From a virus: 64,000 nt of DNA. Where the stretch lies: positions 11,650 to 75,649 of IMG/VR virus record IMGVR_UViG_3300032323_000894, one strand, 5' to 3'. This document shows positions 1 through 9,746 of the stretch, in pieces. Position numbers and translations under genes: made by a program. Each line of letters opens with the position of its first letter. Within the stretch, counting starts at the first letter, position 1. The notes beneath the pieces were generated by a model. It made no database searches. It was not told where the DNA came from and was given only the letters and a program-made list of their open reading frames with translations.

Positions 1-1
1 A

Positions 2-88
2 GCTAACGGCACATTTATTCAGGCCTCTACTACGGGGCCTACTGCTGGTGCTGGAAATAACGGCGACCTATGGATTGTCTATAGTTAA
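2..88 (+). CDS. C-terminal end of a truncated virion/tail protein (ANGTFIQASTTGPTAGAGNNGDLWIVYS*)
   Basis: Open frame from the window edge to TAA at 86-88, overlapping the next ATG (TAATG). The GxNGDLW ending is common in phage fibre proteins. Confidence 0.6.
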   Translation, partial: ANGTFIQASTTGPTAGAGNNGDLWIVYS

Positions 89-2307
89 TGTCTGCAAAAA
101 TGAAAATACCAACCACCCCACATTATGTGGCTTTTGGTAGAAACGTGGGAATAAGCGTACCGTATTCTGTAAGCTATTCTTTAGACGGCGTTAACTGGGT
201 CCCGTCAACACTGCCAGCAGGGAGCGGTGGTCTTGGCAAAACAGCTTTTGGTGAAGATAGGTTTGTAGCAATAACCGACAACAATACTAACGAGGCTGCT
301 TACTCAATTGATGGGATTACTTGGCTACCAACTACTCTGCCATCCGCCCAATCCTGGACTACGGTAGCTTATGGTGGTGGAAAATTTGTCGCACTGGCAG
401 CGGGGTCAAATGCTGCGGCTTATTCGACAGACGGAATCACTTGGACAGCAACCACTCTACCAGCCAGTGGCTCTTGGTTGTCAGTAACTTACGCAGATGG
501 CAAATTTGTTGCTATTGCTAGAGACTCATCGACTAGCGCCTATTCAACAAACGGAATTACGTGGAACGCAGGGACCATGCCTTCTGGACTTTCTTGGCAA
601 CAAGTGGCCTATGGAGCGGGAAAGTTTGTTGCACTAGCTAATGGTTCATCTAACTTTGCTTATTCTACTAATGGTATTACTTGGACTATAGCTTTTTTGC
701 CTTTTTCTGCAAACTGGATTTCGCTAGCTTACGGAGACGGAAAGTTTGTCGCACTAGTAGGTAACTCTTCTACCTCAGCGTATTCCTTAGACGGAGTATC
801 CTGGACAGGTTCAAACATGCCGTCTTCTAGGTTTTGGAGCTCAATAACGTATGGAGGTGAAAAGTTTGTGGCACTAGCATCTCAATCTACAACAACTGCC
901 TACTCTTCTGATGGAATTACCTGGACAGTATCCACTATGCCCGTAGCAGCTGGCTGGTCCTCCATAGCTTACGGAGAATTTTTTCAAAAAACCCTGTCCT
1001 ACTCCGCTAGTTCAAACGGGCTATGGAGAGACATGGTAGCGCCCTATGTAAAAGTTGCTGGTGCTTGGAAAGTGGCTAAGTCTGCGTTTATAAAGGTCAG
1101 CGGGCAATGGAAAAATTGGTTTTTACAAGACGGAATACTGGACACCGAATTTGCAACCAATCTTCCATTTCCTATTGGAAGTAGAATTTGGGCTGCTGAA
1201 CCACAGCCTGATGGAAAAATAGTTGTTGCAGGGGAATGGAACTCGCCAACTACTCCTCTTGGCCTTCTTAGGTTAAACGCAAACGGAACTCAAGACATCT
1301 CTTGGGCGGGGATTGAAATAACTGGAATTCAAGAAATTCTACTACTTCCTACTGGTAAATTTTTACTAGGAAAAGAAACGGGTAGACTTGCACTGCGCGG
1401 TATTAATTCAAACGGAGCTTTAAACAGCGATTTTGGTAATTTTAATGACCGCGAACTTCGGTTTACGTTAGAAGATACTCCTTCCATGGGGTCTAACCCT
1501 GTCATCGTTGCTTGCCTAAGAAACACCCCAAGTGGGAAAGTTATCGTAGCAGGACAATTTGACCGTTATGGTGGAACTGGAGGGACAACTGGAACAGTTG
1601 TTCCTCATCTAATTCAATTAAATTCCAACGGAACTTTAGATACAGCTTTTTTAACAAACATAGGTACTGCTACAGGTGGTCGGCTGTTTAAGTATAGCGT
1701 AGCAGTTCAAGCAGATGGAAAGATAGTTATCGGTGGTAGTTTTACTTCTTTTAACGGAGTAGCCGCCCCGAGAATAGTTCGACTAAACAGCGACGGGACT
1801 ATAGACACCGCTTTTATGGCAAACCTTGGAACGGGATTTTCTACATCCTCCTCAAAAGGGGTAGTTGGTAGCGTGTACGTGCAAAATGACGGAAAAATAT
1901 TAGCGACACTAGGCTCTAACTCGTCTGCTCCGTTTACTGATTTTAACGGAACTACTGTAGGAACAATCGTTCGTTTAAACTCTAATGGAACTTTAGACAC
2001 GTCTTTTAGTACGTTAACTCTAGGGGTTAGTTTTCCACAAATTTTACCATTGTCTTCAGGAAAAATTTTTGTGTATGGTGCCAAGGCTCTTTTTAATAGG
2101 GGAATAGGAAGGCTTAACGTTGACGGAAGCTCAGACTTAGACTTTCTTAATAACGTAGGAACAGGGTTTAGTAATAGTGCGTTCCTAAGAGACGCTGTCG
2201 AATTGCCTGATGGAAGAGTGCTAGTTATGGGAGATTTTAGTTCCTATAACGGGTTTGCTACTAAGCTAATTGCTCAAATAGGTGGGGACGGGTACTTTGT
2301 TAATTAA
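88..2307 (+). CDS. Virion fibre/adhesin-like protein: N-terminal Asp-box beta-propeller fused to C-terminal Delta-60-type repeats
   Basis: About 7 YSxDGITW...WxSVxYGxGKFVA repeats, then a YVKVAGAWK...FIKVSGQWK linker, then QxDGKI / RLNSDGTLDTAF repeats. Confidence 0.75.
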   Translation: MSAKMKIPTTPHYVAFGRNVGISVPYSVSYSLDGVNWVPSTLPAGSGGLGKTAFGEDRFVAITDNNTNEAAYSIDGITWLPTTLPSAQSWTTVAYGGGKFVALAAGSNAAAYSTDGITWTATTLPASGSWLSVTYADGKFVAIARDSSTSAYSTNGITWNAGTMPSGLSWQQVAYGAGKFVALANGSSNFAYSTNGITWTIAFLPFSANWISLAYGDGKFVALVGNSSTSAYSLDGVSWTGSNMPSSRFWSSITYGGEKFVALASQSTTTAYSSDGITWTVSTMPVAAGWSSIAYGEFFQKTLSYSASSNGLWRDMVAPYVKVAGAWKVAKSAFIKVSGQWKNWFLQDGILDTEFATNLPFPIGSRIWAAEPQPDGKIVVAGEWNSPTTPLGLLRLNANGTQDISWAGIEITGIQEILLLPTGKFLLGKETGRLALRGINSNGALNSDFGNFNDRELRFTLEDTPSMGSNPVIVACLRNTPSGKVIVAGQFDRYGGTGGTTGTVVPHLIQLNSNGTLDTAFLTNIGTATGGRLFKYSVAVQADGKIVIGGSFTSFNGVAAPRIVRLNSDGTIDTAFMANLGTGFSTSSSKGVVGSVYVQNDGKILATLGSNSSAPFTDFNGTTVGTIVRLNSNGTLDTSFSTLTLGVSFPQILPLSSGKIFVYGAKALFNRGIGRLNVDGSSDLDFLNNVGTGFSNSAFLRDAVELPDGRVLVMGDFSSYNGFATKLIAQIGGDGYFVN

Positions 2308-2341
2308 AGAATTGGTGCAGAAATACCCTAGTAGAATAGGT

Positions 2342-2354
2342 TAGTATAGAAGCT
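2342..2354 (+). promoter_or_regulatory. Putative -10 element (TAGTAT) of a leaderless transcript
   Basis: TANNNT hexamer 7 nt upstream of ATG 2355, with no Shine-Dalgarno. Confidence 0.5.
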
Positions 2355-2579
2355 ATGACATCCATAAATTTTCCAGATACCCCAGCTGTAAACGACATTT
2401 ACACTGTGGGCATTCGTTCATGGATTTGGACTGGGATTGCTTGGGAATCTGTGTCGGCTCCTGGACCCGTTGGTCCTACAGGTCCGCAGGGTGACTCCAT
2501 TTCAAACATTGACGGTGGCATTCCAAACTCGCTTTATGGCGGAATCGTTTCTATTGACGGTGGGAGTGTACTTAGCTAA
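2355..2579 (+). CDS. Small fibre-module protein (FPxxP...W-W-G-W head, short collagen GXY stretch, DGG tail)
   Basis: MTSINFPDTP...SWIWTGIAWES, GPVGPTGPQG, NIDGGIPNSLYGG...IDGGS. Paralog of 2620..2865. Confidence 0.7.
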   Translation: MTSINFPDTPAVNDIYTVGIRSWIWTGIAWESVSAPGPVGPTGPQGDSISNIDGGIPNSLYGGIVSIDGGSVLS

Positions 2580-2619
2580 GAGCACTCCTAGAGTATGCAC
2601 TTAAGGTAAAATAAAAATT

Positions 2620-2865
2620 ATGACATCCATAGACTTTCCTAACTCACCAGCGTTAAATGATGTTTATACTGTAGGTAGTCGTTCTTGGAAATGGAACGGC
2701 ACATTTTGGGAATCAGTAGGTACTACTGGACCCACAGGACCAACTGGCCCAACAGGTGCTGAAGGTCCTGAAGGCCAGTCATTTGCCAACATGGATGGCG
2801 GTAAATCGGGTACTCTATACGGAGGAATAGCACCTATTGTTGGCGGAAGTTCAGGGAGTTTTTAA
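2620..2865 (+). CDS. Small fibre-module protein, paralog of 2355..2579
   Basis: Same N-terminal module, longer GPT collagen stretch, NMDGG...LYGG tail. Confidence 0.7.
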   Translation: MTSIDFPNSPALNDVYTVGSRSWKWNGTFWESVGTTGPTGPTGPTGAEGPEGQSFANMDGGKSGTLYGGIAPIVGGSSGSF

Positions 2866-3125
2866 TGGCAGTACAAATTCAACTGCGCAATGACACCGCA
2901 GCAAACTGGTCTGCAAATAACCCTATTTTGGCTTTGGCCGAAATGGGCGTAGAAAACGATACTGACCAGTTCAAACTGGGTAACGGGGTTGACCCATGGA
3001 ATGACTTGCCATACGGCGGCCTACAAGGTGCTGAAGGCGAATCATTTAACAACATTGACGGTGGAATACCTGCTTCAATGTATGGAGGAATTAATTCTAT
3101 TGATGGTGGAAGTGTAGGAAGCTAA
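2865..3125 (+). CDS. Mtd-N / phage hyaluronidase N-terminal-like domain protein with DGG tail
   Basis: IQLRNDTAANW...NPILALAEMGVENDTDQFKLGNG...WNDLPY motif. Confidence 0.75.
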   Translation: MAVQIQLRNDTAANWSANNPILALAEMGVENDTDQFKLGNGVDPWNDLPYGGLQGAEGESFNNIDGGIPASMYGGINSIDGGSVGS

Positions 3126-3391
3126 TGGCTGTACAAATTCAACTTAGGCGTGGAACCGCCAGCGAATGGACTAGCGCTAACCCAGTCCTAGCAGTTGCCG
3201 AAATGGGCATCGAGACTAACACTAACCAGTTTAAGATTGGTAACGGCTCTACCCCATGGAACTCCCTTCCATACGGTGGTATTGCTGGTGCTGCTGGCCC
3301 TGCTGGTGCTACTGGCCCAGCTGGTGAACGAGGACCTGCGGGAACTGGTGACGCTGGAACAATTAGCTCCTTCCTATTGATGGGGGCTTAA
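3125..3391 (+). CDS. Mtd-N-like domain protein with collagen repeat
   Basis: IQLRRGTASEW...EMGIETNTNQFKIGNG...WNSLPY followed by GXY repeats and ISSFLLMGA. Confidence 0.75.
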   Translation: MAVQIQLRRGTASEWTSANPVLAVAEMGIETNTNQFKIGNGSTPWNSLPYGGIAGAAGPAGATGPAGERGPAGTGDAGTISSFLLMGA

Positions 3392-3392
3392 T

Positions 3393-3725
3393 ATGCCCGC
3401 GGCATACTCTGTATTAGGTCAGAGACGTCCTACCACCTTTGGTACTACTACTCTTTTCACTGCGTCTAGTTCTCTAGGTACTGTAATTTCTACACTATCA
3501 ATTACTAATACCACCGACATTACCTCGTCAGCTAGTGTATACATTCCTACAGTTGCTGGTGGAGGCACAAACGCCAACGCGCTACTGAGAAACGTAGAAA
3601 TTTTTCCAAAGAGCACTGTAGCCCTAACTCTAGGTATCACCCTAGAGGCTGGGCGAGTACTTGACGTACAGTCAAGCGAATCTGGTGCGCTAACATTTCA
3701 AGCTTTCGGAAGTGAGATTTCTTAA
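3393..3725 (+). CDS. Small beta-sandwich virion adaptor-like protein
   Basis: MPxxYSVLGQ...STLSITN...LTLGITL...LTFQAFGSE. Paralogs at 5830 and, in split form, in 3725..5830. Confidence 0.65.
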   Translation: MPAAYSVLGQRRPTTFGTTTLFTASSSLGTVISTLSITNTTDITSSASVYIPTVAGGGTNANALLRNVEIFPKSTVALTLGITLEAGRVLDVQSSESGALTFQAFGSEIS

Positions 3726-5830
3726 TGCCAATTGCATATTCAGTCCTGGCTCAGAGCCAGCCAAGAGCAAACTTCGACGCAGCTACTTGGACTACAAGAG
3801 TATCCTCTACTGGGTCCGCGGCTATTCGTGCAGTTACTTTTGGTGCTAACCAGTACAATAAGCCCCTATTTGTTTCGGGAGACGCAGCAGGCTCTGTAAA
3901 GCTATCTGAAGATGGCATTATGTGGTCCGATGCTGTAACCGTAACTTCTCAGCCAATCAACGCTTTTGTATACACTACTAACTTTAACTCTACATTTAAC
4001 AGCATTAACTGGTGGGTTCTAGGCGCTAACAACGGAATCATTGCTACCTCTTCTGACGCCATGACCTGGACTTCAAGAACCTCTGGTTTTGGAGCTACTG
4101 TGCCTGTTCTTGGTCTTGCTTACGGTGAAGGAAGCTACGTAGCTGTTGGTGGAGCAGGAACTATCACTGCTTCTACTGACGCAGTTACCTGGGTTACACG
4201 TACTTCCCCTGTAGTTACCGCTCTTACTTCCATTACTTATGGTGCTGACACGTTTGTAGCCACTGGTACTGGTGGAGTTGTAACCTCAGATGACGGTGTT
4301 ACTTGGGCCCAAAGAACTGCTGGATTTTCCGTAACCACTATCAACGCTGTTGTATTTGGTAATGGCCTGTTTGTTGTTGGAGACGAAGTTGGTAGGATAA
4401 CCGTTTCTACTAATGGTATTACTTGGACTTCCCGCCCACAAATCCACAATGTTAGAGCGCTGTCTTTTGCTGAAGGCAACTACATTGCAGCAGGAGCTAA
4501 CGGAGCACTTTCCACCTCTACAGACTCCATCACTTGGGTAACACGACAGTCTGCTTTTAACACTAACCTAGGAATTAATGGGGTTGCTTACGGTAGCAAC
4601 GCCTACGGTAACAACATTGTTGCCCTAGTTGGTGACGGACACACAGTTAACAGCGCTCTGCTAGAAAGCGTTCAGGACGCTTACACGGTTCCTGCAGGCT
4701 CTCGCGTAGTGCTCTCAAGCGTTACTATTACCAACCCTACTAATAGGGACGTTCTTGCGGATGTTTACCTGCGAAGCAGGTCCTCTTTCAATGTGGGCCC
4801 TTGGGTACCAAAAACGCTTACAGTCGCTAGCACCCAGATTAACTCAATTGCATTTGGTGGAAATCAGTACATCACCGCTGGAAACAACGGGCAAGTAAGA
4901 ACTTCTACTGACGCAGTTACTTGGGTTGAAAGATTCTCAGGTTTTGGTACCAGCAACGTGAACGCCGCAGTAGTGGGCTCGAGCACCGTTGATAGAGTAG
5001 TATATGCTGTGGGTGGTGTTGGTGGAAGAATTTCTACCTCTACAGACTCAGTAGTATGGTCTACTAGAACTTCTGGTTTTGGAACCAGCTCTGTAAACGC
5101 CCTTAGCTTTGGTCTTAGCACATTTGTTGCTGCTGGAGAACTTGGTGCGTTAACCACCTCTACAGATGGAACTACTTGGACCTCAAGAACTTCTAATTTT
5201 GGGTTTAATAGTGTTCGTGCCCTTACTTTTGGTGGCGGCCTATTTGTGGCTGCAGGAGACTCTGGTACTCTAACCACTTCTACTAATGGGGCTACGTGGA
5301 CAACTCGCTCTCCTCAGTTCGGAACTACTCCAATTTTCTCACTTACTTTTGGAAACAACACCTATGTTGCTGGTGGCGGACTCGGCTTGCTGTCCACCTC
5401 TACCGATGGAATTACTTGGACTTCTCGTCCAGCAGTAGCAACTCTTGTAAGCAGCTCTAACATTCAGGCCCTTACTTTTGGTGATGGAGTGTTTGTGTTG
5501 GCTACGGCTGCGGCGCGAATCGCTACTTCTACTAACGCAATTACTTGGACGCTTAGAACTACAGTGGCTAACTTGTACACTAACTTTAGGTCTGCAGGAT
5601 ACGCTAACGGTGTATTCTTGGTAGGAGACGAGTCAGGAAACTTGGCTATAAACGACAGAAACCTTGTCAATAAGCCAGCTAACGCCCTTGTATTTAGGCA
5701 GGCAATTAAGCCTCGAGACGTCAAGGCTTTCACAGTAGGAGCTACTCTTTCTGAAGGAGACGTAATTTCTTTTGAAAGTTCTGCTAACGCTACACTAACA
5801 TTCCACGCTTTTGGAGGTAGAGAGTTTTAA
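3725..5830 (+). CDS. Double Asp-box beta-propeller protein built into a split adaptor domain
   Basis: Many STDGxTWTSRTSGFG...ALxFGxGxFVAAG repeats in two blocks, with adaptor segments at the N-terminus, middle and C-terminus. Confidence 0.75.
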   Translation: MPIAYSVLAQSQPRANFDAATWTTRVSSTGSAAIRAVTFGANQYNKPLFVSGDAAGSVKLSEDGIMWSDAVTVTSQPINAFVYTTNFNSTFNSINWWVLGANNGIIATSSDAMTWTSRTSGFGATVPVLGLAYGEGSYVAVGGAGTITASTDAVTWVTRTSPVVTALTSITYGADTFVATGTGGVVTSDDGVTWAQRTAGFSVTTINAVVFGNGLFVVGDEVGRITVSTNGITWTSRPQIHNVRALSFAEGNYIAAGANGALSTSTDSITWVTRQSAFNTNLGINGVAYGSNAYGNNIVALVGDGHTVNSALLESVQDAYTVPAGSRVVLSSVTITNPTNRDVLADVYLRSRSSFNVGPWVPKTLTVASTQINSIAFGGNQYITAGNNGQVRTSTDAVTWVERFSGFGTSNVNAAVVGSSTVDRVVYAVGGVGGRISTSTDSVVWSTRTSGFGTSSVNALSFGLSTFVAAGELGALTTSTDGTTWTSRTSNFGFNSVRALTFGGGLFVAAGDSGTLTTSTNGATWTTRSPQFGTTPIFSLTFGNNTYVAGGGLGLLSTSTDGITWTSRPAVATLVSSSNIQALTFGDGVFVLATAAARIATSTNAITWTLRTTVANLYTNFRSAGYANGVFLVGDESGNLAINDRNLVNKPANALVFRQAIKPRDVKAFTVGATLSEGDVISFESSANATLTFHAFGGREF

Positions 5831-6186
5831 TGTCAATAAGTATTCTAGCTAGAACAGCTCCCACAAGTACTACTCCGTTTGCTTTGACGGCCAACCTATT
5901 GTCAGGCTCTACTGAAGCTGGAGTTCTGTCCTCACTGGTAGTCACTAACACCACGTCTTTGCCTGTAGTGTACAGCGTGTACCTAATCTCTAGGAATGGC
6001 CCAGCTACTCCGTCAATAGAGAACGCCCTAGTATTTCAGCAGACAATTAAAAAGAACGAAGTAATAGACCTAACTTATGGTCTAACTTTAGGTTGGGGAA
6101 GTGGCACCCAAGATGTTATTTTTGTAGAATCAGGAACTCCTGACGCTCTAACATTCACCGCATTTGGAAGTAAGGTCGCAATCTAA
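5830..6186 (+). CDS. Small adaptor-like protein, paralog of 3393..3725
   Basis: LSSLVVTN...NALVF...LTYGLTL...LTFTAFGS. Confidence 0.65.
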   Translation: MSISILARTAPTSTTPFALTANLLSGSTEAGVLSSLVVTNTTSLPVVYSVYLISRNGPATPSIENALVFQQTIKKNEVIDLTYGLTLGWGSGTQDVIFVESGTPDALTFTAFGSKVAI

Positions 6187-8363
6187 TGGCTATTAGACAG
6201 TCTAACGTATCTACTCTTTTTACTGCAGGACAGGGTGCCGCAGTTACACCCATATCCAAGACTTACGTAGGTCAGTTTGCTCAGACTACTTATCTTGACA
6301 GATTCAAGATTCCTTCTGGACCTTACGTTGTAAACATGCAGATTCTAGGAACTGAAGTTAACTCTGGTGTAGACATCAGGTTAGATAACCCTGAGGGTCA
6401 GTCAATTGCTAACTACAGGCTAATTAACACAGGTGTCACTACTACTAACTTTACAATTATGACAGACTACGTATTTTTAAATACTACCCCTGATAGGTTT
6501 GTTCCATCTAACCCTAATCTTACTTGGACTACCAGAACTTCTAACTTTGGAACTACAAACATCAACGCTCTGGCGTTTGGTGATGATTTCTTCGCACCTG
6601 GAGTGTCGTCTGGACTGTTGTTGGCAGCAGGAGACAACACTCAGATAAGAACTTCTACAGATGGCGTTACTTGGACTACTAGAACCACTACGTTTGCTAC
6701 CCCTTCAGCCTCTCTTCGAGCAGCTACTTACGGTTTTAACGGAACCAACGGAGTCTACCTTGTTGCAGGTGACTCTGGTCAGATTGCTGGTTCTACAGAT
6801 GGTCTTTCTTGGACTACTAGAGCTGCACCATTTGGAACTACAAACATTAACGGTCTTGGATACGCTAACCGAATCTTTGTTGCCGTAGGTAGCAACGGAA
6901 CTATCTGGACATCTGGAGATACCACTAGCTGGACAGGTAGAACATCTAACGTAGGAACTAACATTCTCCGTTCCGTTACTCACGGACTTGGTTTCCGTTG
7001 GGTTGCTGTTGGTGACAACGGAACAATCACTACTTCTGATGATTCGGCTGTTACTTGGACTGCAAGAACCTCTGGATTTACTAACAGCGATATTCTTACA
7101 GTTTGCTACGGCCGTGACAACACTTACGTTGCCGCAGGTACTCAGGGTCGCTTGGCTACCTCGTTTAACGGTGTTGACCAGTGGATTCAGAGAACTACTG
7201 GTTTTGGTACCGAGACAATTACTTCGGTAACTTATGGCGATGACATCTATGTAGCTGTCGGAGCTGCTGGAACCGTGGCCTCATCTGTTGACGGTATTAC
7301 TTGGGTCAGACAGCCTTCAAATACTTGGGCTTCTACCCCTCTTCGCGCGGTTACTTGGGCGCCTATCGGAACTTCAACTGGTACTTACGTAACTTCTGGT
7401 GATGCAGGTACTCTGGCAACAGCGGTACCAGCTAGCACTGAGCGAGTTTCTGTCTCTAGATTGTTCGTTAACTTTAATGATGTTGGATTCATCGGTCGAG
7501 ACGGTGTCTCAGGAGCAGTTACTTGGGCTACTGGTGGCTACGGCGATGGATTGTTCTTTATCGGTGGTAGCGGTTCGACATTCTCTACTTCTACCAACGG
7601 CTTAACTTGGACAGCTCGAGGAAACGGACTCAGTGGAGATACCCGTGGAACAGCTTTTGGTAACAACACCTATGTTTCTGCTGGAACTGCTGGCCGTGTA
7701 ACCACTTCTACAGACAGCATTTCTTGGACTGCTAGAACTCCTAACTTTGGAACTAGCGCAATCAACAGCCTTGTTTATGGAAATGGTCTGTTTGTACTCG
7801 CAGGTGAGGCTGGTCAAGTAAGAACCTCCGCAGACGCGGTTATCTGGACAACTCGTGACGGTGGTTTTGGACCACAGACAGTTAACGCGCTACTTTACGC
7901 TAACTCTCAGAACCTATTTGTAGCCGCTGGAAACGCAGCAACAATTTCTACCTCTACCAACGGTATTCTGTGGACATCACGTACTTCTGGTTACGCTGTA
8001 GACGTTAACCTTCGTGCGCTTACTTACGGAAATGGTTTGTACGTAGTTGCTGGAACTAACGGTAACTTGGCAGTTTCTACTAACGCAATTACTTGGACCA
8101 CTAGAAACGCAAACTTTGGAACTAGCACCATTAACGCTCTAACTTTCCACAGAAACTTGTTTATGGCTGTAGGAGACGCTGGTCAGATTAGGACTTCAAC
8201 CGACACTATTAGCTGGACATCTCGTGTATCAAACACTGGTGGTCAGTTCTTAGGCGCGGTGTCTGCTTTAGGAACCTACTTGGCAATCGGTGTTAGTGGA
8301 TTGGTCCATTCAAAGCAGCAGGGTGCAGCCCTGGTTCAGTTCGCGCCAGTAGTTAGTAACTAA
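6186..8363 (+). CDS. Double Asp-box beta-propeller virion protein
   Basis: Roughly 13-14 repeats of STDGxTWTTRTSNFGTTxINALxYG. Confidence 0.75.
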   Translation: MAIRQSNVSTLFTAGQGAAVTPISKTYVGQFAQTTYLDRFKIPSGPYVVNMQILGTEVNSGVDIRLDNPEGQSIANYRLINTGVTTTNFTIMTDYVFLNTTPDRFVPSNPNLTWTTRTSNFGTTNINALAFGDDFFAPGVSSGLLLAAGDNTQIRTSTDGVTWTTRTTTFATPSASLRAATYGFNGTNGVYLVAGDSGQIAGSTDGLSWTTRAAPFGTTNINGLGYANRIFVAVGSNGTIWTSGDTTSWTGRTSNVGTNILRSVTHGLGFRWVAVGDNGTITTSDDSAVTWTARTSGFTNSDILTVCYGRDNTYVAAGTQGRLATSFNGVDQWIQRTTGFGTETITSVTYGDDIYVAVGAAGTVASSVDGITWVRQPSNTWASTPLRAVTWAPIGTSTGTYVTSGDAGTLATAVPASTERVSVSRLFVNFNDVGFIGRDGVSGAVTWATGGYGDGLFFIGGSGSTFSTSTNGLTWTARGNGLSGDTRGTAFGNNTYVSAGTAGRVTTSTDSISWTARTPNFGTSAINSLVYGNGLFVLAGEAGQVRTSADAVIWTTRDGGFGPQTVNALLYANSQNLFVAAGNAATISTSTNGILWTSRTSGYAVDVNLRALTYGNGLYVVAGTNGNLAVSTNAITWTTRNANFGTSTINALTFHRNLFMAVGDAGQIRTSTDTISWTSRVSNTGGQFLGAVSALGTYLAIGVSGLVHSKQQGAALVQFAPVVSN

Positions 8364-8372
8364 GGAGTTAAA

Positions 8373-9722
8373 TTGGCCATTTCACAGATAGTTAACCCAA
8401 ACCCAGTAACGGGTGTACCTGTTGGTACTGAGCTAGTTCACTCTAGCTACATTAGGACCACTCAGAACAAGATTATTACTAAGGACCGAGTTCCTGCGTC
8501 TATTCCTCCTGGTACATACGCTGTTGTAGGTATGCGTACTCGTGGAGCGAACAACGTTCTAGTTACTTTTAGGGATGCAGATGATGAGACGGTATTCGGC
8601 TATCCTGTGCTTCCTGCTGCCAGCAGGCTTCTTACCGAATTTCCGTCTAACCAAGCTACTATGGTTCAGCTTATGGTTGTTGACAAAGAAGTAACCTCTG
8701 TAACTTACAACTACTCTTGGCAGAGTTGGACAGAGCGAACCCACTCTATGAGCACAACTACTGGCCATATCAATGCTATGGCTTATGCTAATGGTTATTT
8801 TGTTGCTGTGGGAAACAACGTCAACCAGTTCTCTGTCACTAACTCTTCTGATGGAATTACCTGGACAGTAAGACTAAACAGCGCCGCCTCGGCCTCAGCG
8901 TTTGCTCTTACTTACGGAAATTACCGTGGAAATAAAACTTGGGTTGCCGCTGGTACTGGTGGAATTATTTTTAGCTCTACAGACAGCAACACGTGGATTC
9001 AAAGAACCTCCCCTACTGTACAGCAACTACAGGCTGCTGCGTTTGGTGTTTCTACATTCCTTCTAGCGGGAGCGTCTGGCGCACTCGTCAGCTCTACTGA
9101 CGGATTTACTTGGATTAACAGAACCTCAGGATTTGGTGTTACTCCAATTAACGCTTTGGTTTTTGGAAATGGCGTTTTTGCCATGGCTGGAGATGGAGGT
9201 AGACTTTCTACTTCTACAGACGGCATTAACTGGACTACTAGAACTTCAGGATTTGCTACTACGTCTATTCGTGCCCTTGCATTTGGTAACGGGTTGTTCC
9301 TAGCTGGTGGAGATAACGGTGTCCTAACTACCTCAACAGATGCGATTACTTGGACTACAAGAAACGCAAACTTTGGTACCACCGTAATTAGGTCTATCAT
9401 TTGGGGAGAAGGCCTTTACGTTCTTGCTGGTGATAACGGTTCAATTAGGGTATCGACAGACGGCTATGAGTGGCAAGTTAGACCGCAGCTATTTACTGGT
9501 ACCCAGATTAGAGCCCTAACTTACGGCTCTGGTATCGGTATTTTTAGTAGCCCAGTATCGGGTACTTTGCCTCCTCTTAACACCTACCCAGCTCAAATGA
9601 CTCCTATCCTAGGAAACACAGGTGGCCAGTACATTGCAGCTGGAGGAAACGGTACTTCTGGAGGCCGTTTGGCCCAGTCTGAACAGGGATTTGAGGCGAC
9701 AGTTCAGGTTTACAGAGTTTAA
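8373..9722 (+). CDS. Asp-box beta-propeller virion protein
   Basis: TTG start with AAGGAG RBS. About 7 STDGxxWTxRTSGF repeats. Confidence 0.75.
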   Translation: MAISQIVNPNPVTGVPVGTELVHSSYIRTTQNKIITKDRVPASIPPGTYAVVGMRTRGANNVLVTFRDADDETVFGYPVLPAASRLLTEFPSNQATMVQLMVVDKEVTSVTYNYSWQSWTERTHSMSTTTGHINAMAYANGYFVAVGNNVNQFSVTNSSDGITWTVRLNSAASASAFALTYGNYRGNKTWVAAGTGGIIFSSTDSNTWIQRTSPTVQQLQAAAFGVSTFLLAGASGALVSSTDGFTWINRTSGFGVTPINALVFGNGVFAMAGDGGRLSTSTDGINWTTRTSGFATTSIRALAFGNGLFLAGGDNGVLTTSTDAITWTTRNANFGTTVIRSIIWGEGLYVLAGDNGSIRVSTDGYEWQVRPQLFTGTQIRALTYGSGIGIFSSPVSGTLPPLNTYPAQMTPILGNTGGQYIAAGGNGTSGGRLAQSEQGFEATVQVYRV

Positions 9723-9746
9723 AACTGTAGTAGTATACTAATTACT

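Noticed and set aside
3725-9722. CRISPR-like or non-coding repeat array
   Set aside because: The periodicity comes from degenerate in-frame ~40-aa propeller blades, not invariant repeats with unique spacers.
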